Under the pieces are notes generated by a model. It ran no database searches. It was not told where the DNA came from and worked only from the letters and a program-made list of their open reading frames with translations. DNA of 64,000 nucleotides from a virus. Taxonomy: Duplodnaviria; Caudoviricetes. This document shows, piece after piece, positions 45,069 to 55,837 of the stretch (the stretch's first letter is position 1; the number at the start of each line of letters is the position of its first letter). The position numbers and the translations under genes are program-made. The stretch covers positions 1,991 to 65,990 of the IMG/VR virus record IMGVR_UViG_3300008107_000634; one strand, 5' to 3'.

Positions 45069-46325
45069 ATGGCACAAACATTGAACCTTCAAAGAAATAG
45101 TGAAGTGTTCCTTTCTACTGTAAGTCTTAACGATGGAGACGCAGTATCAGCAATGACACCGGCAAATACTTGGAAGGTTGAAATCCTTGCAGGTTATGCA
45201 ATGTCACAGGCTGCAGCTACTCAGGACATCAACAGCTTAGAGAGCGGTACTACACCAGATCGCTCTAGTAAGCGTTTTAAAACAGCAATGAACCCTGTAG
45301 AGTGGAATTTCCAAACATATATCCGTCCAACTGGTATTGAAAATACTACTGGCGGTACTTTGGTTCACACGTCAGGTAATTCAATGCCTACCTCAGATTG
45401 GTATCTATGGCAAGCTCTTATGTCAAATACTTCTACCTATACTACCAATAAGCTTACTAGCGTATGGCAGGCAGGTGGAAAGTTTGCTAGTGCTGCTAGA
45501 AATGCTAGCGGTAATACTGCTGCTCATACACCTAATTTCGGTACATCTGCTACTTATAATATGTATTTTAAACTTGATAACGTTATATATCAGGTATCTA
45601 ATACAGCAGTTAATCAGGCTGCAGTAGACGCTGCTATTGACGCAGTTGCTACTACTACTTGGTCTGGATTTGGCACTAACCTAATAGAACTAACTGGTAC
45701 TCCTAGAAATAATGCAGTATCTGTGTTTGGTGGTATTTTAAATAATGGAACCACAATAGACGCTAACAGTAATGCTTACGTAACCACTGCAACTCATTCT
45801 TATCAGCCTTGGGATCAGTGGAACGTAGCAGGAACAATCTCTACTGCAAGCTTCATTAAGAATAGACTTTCAAGCCTAACTGTTAAGTTTCAGCCTGAAG
45901 GCGGTTCTTCAACAACTTATACTTTCCCAATCACGACTCTCACCTTCAACTATAACAATAATATCACCTTCATCACTCCAGAAGAACTATCAAAGGTCAA
46001 TACCCCTATTGGTAGCTTCACGGGTTCTAGAGAAGTAACAGGATCATTCACTGCTTACCTACGTGGTGCAGACGGAGATTCTGCTCAATTCCTACGTGAT
46101 CTAGCTAATGATCGTCGTCCAGCTCCTACTGCATTCTCAAATGCAAACCTAGTTGTTGGAGGAGTTACTGCTCCATATTTAGCATTCAATATGCCTGCAG
46201 TAGTATTTGACGTTCCAACTCACGGAATTGAAGATATTATTTCAATATCAGTAAACTTCAAAGCACAGGAACCAATCAATACCGTTACAACCGGTGGTGA
46301 AGTAGACCTATACGCTAAGAAGTAA
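45069..46325 (+). CDS. major tail tube protein
   Basis: AAGGAG RBS; promoter TTGCGC-17-TATACT; EW.F.TYIRP and P.GSFTGSR..TGS motifs. Confidence 0.85.
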   Translation: MAQTLNLQRNSEVFLSTVSLNDGDAVSAMTPANTWKVEILAGYAMSQAAATQDINSLESGTTPDRSSKRFKTAMNPVEWNFQTYIRPTGIENTTGGTLVHTSGNSMPTSDWYLWQALMSNTSTYTTNKLTSVWQAGGKFASAARNASGNTAAHTPNFGTSATYNMYFKLDNVIYQVSNTAVNQAAVDAAIDAVATTTWSGFGTNLIELTGTPRNNAVSVFGGILNNGTTIDANSNAYVTTATHSYQPWDQWNVAGTISTASFIKNRLSSLTVKFQPEGGSSTTYTFPITTLTFNYNNNITFITPEELSKVNTPIGSFTGSREVTGSFTAYLRGADGDSAQFLRDLANDRRPAPTAFSNANLVVGGVTAPYLAFNMPAVVFDVPTHGIEDIISISVNFKAQEPINTVTTGGEVDLYAKK

Positions 46326-46328
46326 CAT

Positions 46329-46431
46329 TTAACTAGTTGAGGGGCTAGTTAACTTAATACCAAAGGCGCTTACCGCGACAATCTTTCGGGATCCCCTCAT
46401 CCGATCGTGCGTCGATCAAACGGTAAGCGCC
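46329..46431 (+). ncRNA. kissing-loop structured element between tail tube and chaperone genes
   Basis: Loop GAGGGG of hairpin 46329-46352 is complementary to loop CCCCTC inside the 11-bp stem 46365-46375/46421-46431. Confidence 0.55.
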
Positions 46432-46457
46432 ACTTTATTTTTAAATTATGAGGAAAA

Positions 46458-46847
46458 ATGTCTAAAATTAAATCACTACTTGTCACTGGAGACAAGACTA
46501 TTGATGTAGAATTTCCAGAAGCAGAAGGTTTCGTAGTTACTATTAGCTATGTTCCTCGCGAAGACTTAATGAAAATTAGAAATCAGGCACTAGTGTACAA
46601 ATTCAACAAACGCACCCGCCAAAGAGAAGAGGAGGTGGATAATGACAAGTTTGTTGAGGCTTACGCTGAACGCGTAATTAAAGGCTGGAAAGGTCTTAAA
46701 GTTAAACATCTTCCAAAGTTGCTACCGGTAGATATATCGGCAATGAACGCAGAAGATGAGTTACCATATTCTACTGAAGAAGCTCTTGAACTACTAAAAA
46801 ATAGTAGTATTTTCGATCAGTTTATTACTAGAAGCATTCTCTGTTAA
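46458..46847 (+). CDS. tail assembly chaperone (G-like); 3' end appears frameshifted
   Basis: Position before the tape measure gene; plausible C-terminus LEAFSVKKRETDLKN sits in the +1 frame. Confidence 0.75.
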   Translation: MSKIKSLLVTGDKTIDVEFPEAEGFVVTISYVPREDLMKIRNQALVYKFNKRTRQREEEVDNDKFVEAYAERVIKGWKGLKVKHLPKLLPVDISAMNAEDELPYSTEEALELLKNSSIFDQFITRSILC

Positions 46848-46946
46848 GAAAAGAGAAACTGATCTAAAAAACTAAAAAGTTACCTTCAGGAAACGTTTTC
46901 TGGGGGTAACATTACTAAAGAACAATATTTTGAAATATGTCGACAA

Positions 46947-47219
46947 ATGGGCAAAGAGCCTGTTGAGGAAGATATTCCTGTTGAACCAGGGGATTTATCT
47001 TTAGAAACTCAGCAGGCTCTTTTAATATTTAGTATTTTACCAGATAAAATTGAAGGTATGAACGGACTTTGGTTAGGCAAAGAATTTTCTGGTATAGGAG
47101 ACATCTTTGATTTCTACGAAATAGAGCATAGACGAGAGGTATTTGAACTGCTAACATATATTATTACTGAATATGCAAAATATTACGAGAAACAAAGAGA
47201 AATAAAATCAAGGAGATAG
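46947..47219 (+). CDS. tail assembly chaperone C-terminal (T-like) frame
   Basis: Open from 46863; reachable by a -1 slip at A-AAA-AAC (46866-46872). Confidence 0.7.
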   Translation: MGKEPVEEDIPVEPGDLSLETQQALLIFSILPDKIEGMNGLWLGKEFSGIGDIFDFYEIEHRREVFELLTYIITEYAKYYEKQREIKSRR

Positions 47220-47220
47220 A

Positions 47221-50200
47221 GTGGCCGGCACTATTACAACTATAGTAAGAGCTTTATTTCAATCTCAGGGCGCTGACAAAGTAGTTTCTGATATTAATAA
47301 AGTAGGAAAAGCAGGAGAAGAAAGCGCTAAAAAGCAAACACGTTTAGGTAATGAATCTACCAATACAGGTCGTGCCTTCTCCTCTCAGGCTTCTGGATTA
47401 GGTGGATTAGTTGCTGCCTATGCAGGAGCGGCTGCGACTACCTTTGCTTTACAACAGGCCTTTGCTGCTTTAAAGTCAGCAGCAGATTTCCAACAAATTA
47501 TTTCCGGAACAAACGCGTTAGCTGCTAGTTTTGGTCAGTCTGGTTCTCAAATTTTAAATAGTATTCAAGATATAACTAAAGGACAGCTTTCTTTAAAAGA
47601 AGCTTCTGCTGCTGCTAACTTAGCTTTATCAGCAGGGTTTAATCCTCAACAAATAAATTCACTATCAGAAGTTGCTACTAAGGCTAGTAGAACTCTGGGT
47701 AGAGATCTTACTGATTCATATAACAGATTAGTTAGAGGTGCTGCTAAATTAGAGCCTGAACTATTAGACGAACTGGGTATTTTTACAAGAATTGAACCAG
47801 CCATTGAAGCCTACGCATCTAAAACAGGAAAAGCTGCTTCTAGCTTAACTAACTTTGAACGTAGACAGGCGTTCGTTAATGCTATTATAGATGAGGGTTC
47901 TAGAAAATACTCAGAGATTAGTCTTTCTACTGATACCAGTTCGGAAGCTCTTAATAGATTAGCAGCGCGAATAGTAGATGTTGGAAATAAACTAGGAAGT
48001 ATTTTAACAGACTTTTTAGCTCCAATAGCTAACTTTTTTGGAAAAGACCTAGGTAACTCTGTATTGATCTTCTTAGGTATCTTAACTCTTGCTCTTGGCA
48101 AGGGAAGAACTTTGTTAGAGGCTTTTTTTACAGACCTGTCTACCCGAGCTCTAGAAACCGGTGCTAGAGTTTCTTCTGCATTAACAGGACCTGCATTTAC
48201 TACTAATATAGAAAAAGCTGGAGAAGCTTTAAAAGGCATTGGAGTCGGTTTAACTAAAGCAGAAGCAGCAACTATTAGATCTATTAAAGAAGGAACAGTT
48301 CAGCCTCAACAGATACAGGCACGTATAGACGAATTAAAAGCTCTACAAGAAAGGCAACAAAGTAGACAGTTCGAAAAAGGATTACAAGGTAAAGCTTTAG
48401 ATCAATCTATATCTAAAGCTAATGCTGCTGCAATAGCTATCAGGGAATTAGAAGAAGCTCAAAAGAAAGCATCTAATTCTTCTGTTATAGCTGGTTCTAC
48501 TTTTGAAAAATTAGGCGGAGGATTGAGTAGATTAGCCACAGGAATAAGCTCGGCTTTAGGATATTTTAATCTTTTCCTAGCTACTTTAGGTGCTGCTCAG
48601 TTAATAGGCCAGGCATTTGGTGTTGATATTTTAGGATCTATAACTAATTATTTTGTTAAATTACAAGAAACTATAAAGGCTACTGACGAAGCTTTAACAG
48701 GTTTAGTCAATGAATTGGCTAAAGAAAAACTAGGAGAGTTTAAATTTAGAGTATCTAAAAAAGATATAGAAGAAAGTGCTGATTATGCTAGAGGTATTTT
48801 GGAAGACGCTTTAACTAAAGCTAGTTCAGTTTTTGGTGCTAAATTCGAAGATTCTCTAGATACTTTTTTAAAGTCAGACATATCTACATATGATCGAATC
48901 ACAGGTAATACAAAAAAAATACTTTTAGCAAAAGAAATAATACAAGAAATAGCTAAAATTAAACCAGATGCTGATTTGATAAAAATATTAACTACTGCCC
49001 CTGCAGAAGTTGGCGGTCAGACTAGTGATTATATAAAATTATTTGCTTCTGGCGAGTTGGCTAAGGGGGCTATAAATTTTGCAGATAAACAAGTTACAAT
49101 ACTAGATAATTCTGGAAAAATAGATAAACTTACAGGAGATTTGGCTTTAAATATAGGTTTAGGTATATCTGAATTAGCAAAATTTAACCAAGAACAAAAA
49201 ACAGGATTACTAACTGCTGAATCTGCTTCTCAAAGAGTTATTGCGTTAGAAACAAGACTAAAAACTATTAGAGAAGAAGAAGAAAAAAGAAGTTTTCAGG
49301 CAGCTAAAATAGAAGATCAAAACGATAAAGCTCGACAGTTAGGTGCTTTAAGTGATATAGCTACTCAAAGAATACGACTAGAAGAGCAATTGAAAGTAAC
49401 TCAAGCAGTAGCTAAAGAACTATCTGAAAGAGAAAGAGTTAGAAAACTTGTAGAATCTACATTTTCTTCACAGATTAAAGCATTAGAAAATCTACCTGTA
49501 AGTGGGATTATTAACCCAAATAAGACCCTAGCTAGGAGTCAAGAAGAAGTACAAAGAAATCAGATTAATCTTCTAAAAGATCTAGCAGAGGCCAGTATAA
49601 AGGCTATAGATGCAGAACAGGTAGCACTGAGTACTAATAAAAGAACTTTAGAACAGAATAAAAGTACTCTTACAAATTTACTTCAACAAGAGATATCTGG
49701 TAGAGATACTACAGAAGCTAGAGCCATAGTTTTAGCAGATATAGAAAAGTTAGAAAAAGAAATAAGCAATTCTAGTAATATAATTAATACTAGACAAGTA
49801 GAGTTGAATAAATATCTTTCTGCTCAGGTTGGCTTTATGACTGAGGCCGGTAAACAAACATTTCAACTGTCTATTCAAGAAGAAAAAAGAACTTTACAAT
49901 ACCAAAAACAACTAGACGTTTTAGAAAAACAATATGAGCAATTATTAATTCAAAATAAAATAAACCTTACACAAGCTCAAGGTGAAGCTACTCAGAGAGC
50001 AGGCCAAGCTCAAGTACGCCTATTAGAATCTAGAATTAATTATCAAAAAGAATTAGAAAAAGCAGTAGATGCTACGTTAAAATTACAACAAGCAGAGTTA
50101 GAAGTCCAAAAAAATCAAATAGATAGAACTCTTCAACTTGCAGATGCCAGAAGCGAATTAAATAAGGCTAGATTTGAATTAACTACTACTAAAACATTAG

Positions 50201-52209
50201 CCCCCCTGCAATTACAGCAAGAAACACTATCTAGAACTCCAAATCTAGTAGCTCAGGAAACTCTACTTAAATTAGAACAGGATATAGCTAATGTAAATTA
50301 TGCTAGAGAACTGTCCTTAATCCAAGAACGAAAAGCGGCAGCAGAAAAAGAATTTATAGCTTCAGAGAATAAATTAAAATTACAAGAAGAAGATTTACAA
50401 GCACAGTTAGCTGCTTTAGAAGGTAGAAAAGTATTAATAGATAATCAAAGACGTTTCGAAGATGAAGCTATAAAGAAAAGAGATGCTTTAGATAAATTAA
50501 AAATTCAAAATGAATTAGCTGTTCTTAAGTTACAAGATGATTTAGCGCGAGTTAAAGCTATAGCCGATCTTGATATAGCTCTTGATAATAAACTACAGCG
50601 AGATTTTGAATTAGATCTAGTAGCTAAGCAACTAGATTTATTACAACAGCAAAAAGAAGTATTCAAGATATTTTTATCAAGATATGAAGAATTAATAAAT
50701 AGACAACTAGGTCAGGGAAGTATTTCAGCTACTAATATATTTGAAAATTTTGAACAAGACTTAGCTAAGGCTCAAAATAGACTAATTAAGAATATAGAAT
50801 TATCTAATCAAATATATAACCAAGAAAGTAGAAATATACTTGAAAGAACAAAAGGCGAACTAGACGTAAATAAGGCAAGGGCTGGCGGAGCTAGTGCAGA
50901 ACTAGCAAGACTAGCAGAAATTCAAAAACAAACTGAAGAAACAACAGCCTTAGCTAGAGTAGCTGAAGATCAAGGTAGAGAAGCAGATGCAAAATTATTA
51001 AAAGATAAGATAGCTGGACTAAAAACTGAAGCTAACTTAGCTTCTATTAGATATGATACCACTATAGCTCAGGCTGCTAAAGATGAAGTAATAGCTGCTC
51101 AAGCATACGCTTCTAAACTTCAAGAAATAGCAGACCAAAGAAATAAAGTTAAACAACTTTTTGAAGATATTAGTAGAGGTATTAAAGAAAACCTATCTAC
51201 AGCAGTATTAGATTTCTTTAAAGCTATCAACCAAGGTATTCCTACTATTCAAGCTTTTAGAGAAGGTATGCAGAAGTTAGCTATTAGTGTTGCAGAAACT
51301 ATCCAAACAGCTATTTTAAAGAAATTCTTAATTGAGCCTTTACAGAATTTGGTTGGAGGCGCTATTGGTTCTCTATATACTGCTATAACAGGAGACCAGC
51401 TAGCCAAAACAGGTGATCAAATATTGCAGAGTGTATTTACAGGTAATGCCCTTAGAGTTACAATGGTCGGAGCAGGTGGTCCTGCTCCTGGACAAACTGG
51501 AGCAGCGGGAGTTACTTCTACGAACGGCCCACAAACAGTAGGAGGTATGCCTGCAGCTACTAACGAAGCAGCGCAGGCATCACAAGGATTCGGTGATAAG
51601 CTAAAAGAGCTAGGGGTTAACTTTCAGACAGTAGGAACTGTAGCTGCTACTACTTTTGCGGCTACTTTAGCAGCTACTCGTGATTGGAAAAAAGCATTTA
51701 TCTATACTGTAGTAAGTGCTCTAGGAACTGCTTTAACTCAAATAGCTACTAAACAATTATTTAGTGGCGCAGCAGGAGCTGGAGGAGCTGGTTTATTTAG
51801 TGGAATAGGCAGCTGGTTTAGCGGATTATTTAGTGGGCCTACTCCTGCAGGTGTTATGCCTAGCCTCTCTGGACCTTTATATAGTTCGGTCGGAGGACCT
51901 GTAAAACACATGGCCGCTGGCGGATATGCGGGTCTAAGAGACCGAGTTCCCGCACTATTGGAACCTGGTGAGTTTGTCATTCGTCGTCCAGCCGCTATGG
52001 CCATAGGAGGACAAACCCTTAATCAGATGAATGCAACTGGACAAACTGCTCCAGGAAATGTTATGGTAAATGTAAATAATCAAGGAACCTCACAAGAAGT
52101 AGTGGGAACTCCGAAGGTATCTGTAAACGGAAGAGATATGATAGTAGATATAGTAGTAAGAGATATTCAGAATAACGGTCCAATTCGTAAGACCTTGAGA
52201 GGTATGTAA
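47221..52209 (+). CDS. tape measure protein
   Basis: 1662 aa, helical, Ala/Leu/Gln/Lys-rich; C-terminal GG...D.VPA.L.PGEFVI. Confidence 0.92.
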   Translation: MAGTITTIVRALFQSQGADKVVSDINKVGKAGEESAKKQTRLGNESTNTGRAFSSQASGLGGLVAAYAGAAATTFALQQAFAALKSAADFQQIISGTNALAASFGQSGSQILNSIQDITKGQLSLKEASAAANLALSAGFNPQQINSLSEVATKASRTLGRDLTDSYNRLVRGAAKLEPELLDELGIFTRIEPAIEAYASKTGKAASSLTNFERRQAFVNAIIDEGSRKYSEISLSTDTSSEALNRLAARIVDVGNKLGSILTDFLAPIANFFGKDLGNSVLIFLGILTLALGKGRTLLEAFFTDLSTRALETGARVSSALTGPAFTTNIEKAGEALKGIGVGLTKAEAATIRSIKEGTVQPQQIQARIDELKALQERQQSRQFEKGLQGKALDQSISKANAAAIAIRELEEAQKKASNSSVIAGSTFEKLGGGLSRLATGISSALGYFNLFLATLGAAQLIGQAFGVDILGSITNYFVKLQETIKATDEALTGLVNELAKEKLGEFKFRVSKKDIEESADYARGILEDALTKASSVFGAKFEDSLDTFLKSDISTYDRITGNTKKILLAKEIIQEIAKIKPDADLIKILTTAPAEVGGQTSDYIKLFASGELAKGAINFADKQVTILDNSGKIDKLTGDLALNIGLGISELAKFNQEQKTGLLTAESASQRVIALETRLKTIREEEEKRSFQAAKIEDQNDKARQLGALSDIATQRIRLEEQLKVTQAVAKELSERERVRKLVESTFSSQIKALENLPVSGIINPNKTLARSQEEVQRNQINLLKDLAEASIKAIDAEQVALSTNKRTLEQNKSTLTNLLQQEISGRDTTEARAIVLADIEKLEKEISNSSNIINTRQVELNKYLSAQVGFMTEAGKQTFQLSIQEEKRTLQYQKQLDVLEKQYEQLLIQNKINLTQAQGEATQRAGQAQVRLLESRINYQKELEKAVDATLKLQQAELEVQKNQIDRTLQLADARSELNKARFELTTTKTLAPLQLQQETLSRTPNLVAQETLLKLEQDIANVNYARELSLIQERKAAAEKEFIASENKLKLQEEDLQAQLAALEGRKVLIDNQRRFEDEAIKKRDALDKLKIQNELAVLKLQDDLARVKAIADLDIALDNKLQRDFELDLVAKQLDLLQQQKEVFKIFLSRYEELINRQLGQGSISATNIFENFEQDLAKAQNRLIKNIELSNQIYNQESRNILERTKGELDVNKARAGGASAELARLAEIQKQTEETTALARVAEDQGREADAKLLKDKIAGLKTEANLASIRYDTTIAQAAKDEVIAAQAYASKLQEIADQRNKVKQLFEDISRGIKENLSTAVLDFFKAINQGIPTIQAFREGMQKLAISVAETIQTAILKKFLIEPLQNLVGGAIGSLYTAITGDQLAKTGDQILQSVFTGNALRVTMVGAGGPAPGQTGAAGVTSTNGPQTVGGMPAATNEAAQASQGFGDKLKELGVNFQTVGTVAATTFAATLAATRDWKKAFIYTVVSALGTALTQIATKQLFSGAAGAGGAGLFSGIGSWFSGLFSGPTPAGVMPSLSGPLYSSVGGPVKHMAAGGYAGLRDRVPALLEPGEFVIRRPAAMAIGGQTLNQMNATGQTAPGNVMVNVNNQGTSQEVVGTPKVSVNGRDMIVDIVVRDIQNNGPIRKTLRGM

Positions 52210-53150
52210 TGGTATCCTATTATCCTAGTGGAGCAAATGTATCCCCAGATAACTATTCCATAGTAAGTAGTGTTACCTATACTTCTACAGGTTTGACTAC
52301 TAGTTTTAATATAGGCCGCTATGTCGGCACTCCGGCCGAAGTCGCTATAGTAGTTGACGGAATAGTACAGGCCTATAATAGCTATACTCTATCTAATAAT
52401 AAAGGAACGGTTAATTTTATAGTAGCTCCAGGTGCTACGAGTCTAGAGATAAAAACTTTAGCAGTGCCAGATTTTCTGAAAATAACTAAAGATAGTCTTC
52501 AGATCTCTCCTATATTTTATAGTAATAGCTCAGTTCTTAGTTATAATGGAAATAATTATCAGATAAATGGGTCTAGAACTGCATGGGCTATCACAGGAAC
52601 TCCTGCTGAGGCAAATCAGATGATGGTATCTGTAGACGGTGTCGTTCAAAATCCATCAGCATATACTTTTCCAAGTTCTACCTTAGGTAGTTATGGTATA
52701 GATATATCTCCGGCACTAGCTTCAAATGTTGCTAATTTAGATATCCGAGTTTTTTCCGGCACCTCTACGCAAGTAGAAAGATTTACTACTATGTCTGATA
52801 GAAAACCAGATCGTGGCTTCTCTACTGATAAACAATTTGATACTTTAACTTTCGAGAGTCAGGCAGGATATGAGACTAGACGTCTGCGCAGTCGTCGTCC
52901 TCGTCGTAATTATAATCTTACCTATACAAACATATCTGGAGTTCATAAAATAGCTATAGATAATTTCTATAATGCTAGAAGTGGTGATTATGAATCTTTT
53001 GTATTCGATCTTAGCCATATTAATGATAGCGGCTCTGTAACTGTTCGTTTTGACGGTCCTGTTCAGACTACTCATGTGGCTAGTTCTGGATCACAACCTT
53101 CTCAAAATTTCTATACTGTTAGCATGAAGCTAAAAGAGGTATTTAGTTAA
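52209..53150 (+). CDS. distal tail (Dit / gpM-like) protein
   Basis: Follows TMP; GYE.R..R..R.Y.LTY..I..FY.AR.G.YESF.F..VRF pattern. Confidence 0.7.
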   Translation: MVSYYPSGANVSPDNYSIVSSVTYTSTGLTTSFNIGRYVGTPAEVAIVVDGIVQAYNSYTLSNNKGTVNFIVAPGATSLEIKTLAVPDFLKITKDSLQISPIFYSNSSVLSYNGNNYQINGSRTAWAITGTPAEANQMMVSVDGVVQNPSAYTFPSSTLGSYGIDISPALASNVANLDIRVFSGTSTQVERFTTMSDRKPDRGFSTDKQFDTLTFESQAGYETRRLRSRRPRRNYNLTYTNISGVHKIAIDNFYNARSGDYESFVFDLSHINDSGSVTVRFDGPVQTTHVASSGSQPSQNFYTVSMKLKEVFS

Positions 53151-54688
53151 TGACTTCTAGAAACTACGACTACATATTAAAAGTAAATACAACTACAGGG
53201 TTTAAGGCCGGTAATACTATTATAGGCGTTACTTCTCTAACAGAGGCAATCATAGCCAATGTAGATGTAGCTACTAGTAATATTAAGGTAAAACTATCTA
53301 ATACGATTGCTGAATTTCACGTTGGTGAACAGATATTCAGTAACTACATAGTTAAGACTACTAGTTCTAATACTCATGACATAGGCAACACTACTTCTAC
53401 TTACACTCAACAAACTACAGGAACTGCTACGGTTAGTGCTATTAACGTAAGCAAGTTTATTAAAGAGAAGAATAGTTTTGAGCAAAAGCCGCTGGTTAGA
53501 CTATATACTATATATTATCCTGGAGAGTGGTATCCTACTAATGAATATGGTAATCCAAGTGGAGACGGAGCAGGACTTGTCTGGCCTTATAGTTTTCCAT
53601 TTAAATTCGCTGAAATTCGCGGAGATTATATCTCAGACATAAACTATAGAGTTCATATGGGTGGTCAGGAGTTTATACCATATCCTATTAACAGCGGTGT
53701 CTTAAGCACAGATTCGTCTGGTAAAATAAATGACCTATCTATTACAGTATCTAACTTTGATAATCTTATAGGATCTCTTGTAGAAAACCCATTTCTTGTA
53801 GGTAATAATAGTACAGGATCTACCACTGCTTATGTTAACGGAGAATTAGTAAACGGCATAGATCCTAGAACAGTTCCTTCACATGGTAGTTACGATGCTA
53901 GCGTAAGGGAAGCCAGAGGACTTAATGCAGCATTTGATTATGATTCCACTTTATCTACTGGCGGAACTTGGACTAAACTAAAATTAGATTCTAGAGATCT
54001 CCTTGGTGCTGTTGTAGAGATAAAAACTACTTTTGCCAATTTTCTCGATGTGTGGCCTGAATACAGCACCGTATCAACTGAATCTTATAATGGATCTTCA
54101 AGTAATTTAATTAATATGGTAACTACTTTACCTTATAGAGTAGGAGATATTGTTACCAATAGTGTGACAGGTTCTAATAAATTTGAAATAGTAGCAATTA
54201 ATCACCCATATCTAGTATGTAATACAGATGTAGGCGCTAATTTTATACCAGGATCTAACGTATTTATAGTAAATCAAGAACGTGATTCTGAAAACTATGT
54301 GCTAGATACTTTTAAAATTGATAGTCTTAGTGAATTAAATGAGCAAACTGCAACATTTTCATTAACCAGTTGGTTACAGTATTTTAAATTACAATTACCT
54401 AGACGTAAATTCTATAAGAATGTCTGCCCTTGGGTGTATAAAGGAAGTGAGTGTCAGTATCCTACTGGCGGAACAGGTCTCATACCTGGATCTAACACTT
54501 TAATTGTATCTAATGGAACCTTATTAGCAGACGGAGCTACTGCTAATGGATTTTTTAATATTCGTAATGAAACTGTATACACTTTATCAGAAGACGTATG
54601 CGCTAAAAACTTACAGGCTTGTGAGTTACGAGGTAATCAATTTCATTTTGGAGGATTTCCTGGCACAGGAGGGACTTTACCAAGATAA
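53150..54688 (+). CDS. minor tail protein L-like
   Basis: LPRRKFYKNVCPWVYKGSEC...CAKNLQAC..R...FGGFPG cysteine motif. Confidence 0.85.
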   Translation: MTSRNYDYILKVNTTTGFKAGNTIIGVTSLTEAIIANVDVATSNIKVKLSNTIAEFHVGEQIFSNYIVKTTSSNTHDIGNTTSTYTQQTTGTATVSAINVSKFIKEKNSFEQKPLVRLYTIYYPGEWYPTNEYGNPSGDGAGLVWPYSFPFKFAEIRGDYISDINYRVHMGGQEFIPYPINSGVLSTDSSGKINDLSITVSNFDNLIGSLVENPFLVGNNSTGSTTAYVNGELVNGIDPRTVPSHGSYDASVREARGLNAAFDYDSTLSTGGTWTKLKLDSRDLLGAVVEIKTTFANFLDVWPEYSTVSTESYNGSSSNLINMVTTLPYRVGDIVTNSVTGSNKFEIVAINHPYLVCNTDVGANFIPGSNVFIVNQERDSENYVLDTFKIDSLSELNEQTATFSLTSWLQYFKLQLPRRKFYKNVCPWVYKGSECQYPTGGTGLIPGSNTLIVSNGTLLADGATANGFFNIRNETVYTLSEDVCAKNLQACELRGNQFHFGGFPGTGGTLPR

Positions 54689-55074
54689 TGGATTGGACTA
54701 CATACTTATACCTGCCCTATGAAAGTTATAACTGTTTGACTCTTATAGAGAAGATATGTGAAGATCAAGGATATCGTATTCAGGGTATCGAAGAAATGAG
54801 TCAGTATCATTTCAAACATAACTGGGGCTCTTCAGTATCTTACGAAGATATAGATAGATTTATTACACTTAATCAAGCAAAATTAGTAAATCTTTCAGAC
54901 ATACAAGAATTTGATATTATTCTTTTTAAATTGCGAGATATTAGACCACAACATTTCGGTGTTTATATTGGATTAAATAGATTTATTCATCATAGAAAAT
55001 ACATAAAAATTGATGAACTTAATCAAGAATATAGAGATAAGATAAAGTATATAATTAGATGGAAAGATATTTAA
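54688..55074 (+). CDS. NlpC/P60-like protein 1 (gpK C-terminal-like)
   Basis: NCL, HFGVYIG..RFIH. Confidence 0.75.
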   Translation: MDWTTYLYLPYESYNCLTLIEKICEDQGYRIQGIEEMSQYHFKHNWGSSVSYEDIDRFITLNQAKLVNLSDIQEFDIILFKLRDIRPQHFGVYIGLNRFIHHRKYIKIDELNQEYRDKIKYIIRWKDI

Positions 55075-55481
55075 AATACGAAGGATTTCCCTATAAACAT
55101 TTAGGAGATAATCCAGATATAGGTATAGATTGTTTTAATCTCGTTCGATGGGTATATAAACACGAATTAGGTATAGAGATACCTCTATCTACTGCAGATT
55201 TTTGTAGTAATCCAGAAGAAAAATGGTATATAGAAACTAATAACCATTTGTTTGGTAAGCCTAGTGCTGAGAGAGCTGGGTTTAGGTCTGTTAAAACTCC
55301 GAAAGAATACGATATGATTATTATGTCTATTGGAACTACCAATATTGCTAATCACTGCGCTCTCTATCTTGGTAAAGATAAAATTCTACAGACTATGATA
55401 GGTAATAACAGTTGGATAGCTCCTTACGGTAGATATTATAAACAATATACGGTGGATATTTATAGATGGCATCAGTTTTAG
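55059..55481 (+). CDS. NlpC/P60-like protein 2
   Basis: GIDCFNL, NHCALYLG. Confidence 0.8.
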   Translation: MERYLKYEGFPYKHLGDNPDIGIDCFNLVRWVYKHELGIEIPLSTADFCSNPEEKWYIETNNHLFGKPSAERAGFRSVKTPKEYDMIIMSIGTTNIANHCALYLGKDKILQTMIGNNSWIAPYGRYYKQYTVDIYRWHQF

Positions 55482-55837
55482 AAAAATTAAAAGATCAAAT
55501 GACTACTCATTTTATTAATGAGTATCCTAGGGAGGCATGCGGTATAATAACTACTGACTGGGAGTATGTGCCTTGTAAAAATATCAGCGGATCTCCAAAA
55601 ACTAATTTTATCTTAGATCCTGTTAGTTTATTACAATATGAAGATACTACGTGGGGCATAGTTCATTCTCATCCAGGAAGTGATAATCCTATACCTAGCG
55701 AAGAAGATATGGCCAGCACAGTTTTCGACTGCTACAAGTTTATAGTAGGGTTCAATAACCGTTTCTATATTTATTGGTATGATAAAAAACTAAAATCTCT
55801 TATGTATGAAGAGTTAGAAGAGCGACATCTTGTCTAA
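55466..55837 (+). CDS. JAB/MPN metalloprotease (gpK N-terminal-like)
   Basis: E.CG, HSHP...PS..D. Confidence 0.85.
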   Translation: MASVLEKLKDQMTTHFINEYPREACGIITTDWEYVPCKNISGSPKTNFILDPVSLLQYEDTTWGIVHSHPGSDNPIPSEEDMASTVFDCYKFIVGFNNRFYIYWYDKKLKSLMYEELEERHLV

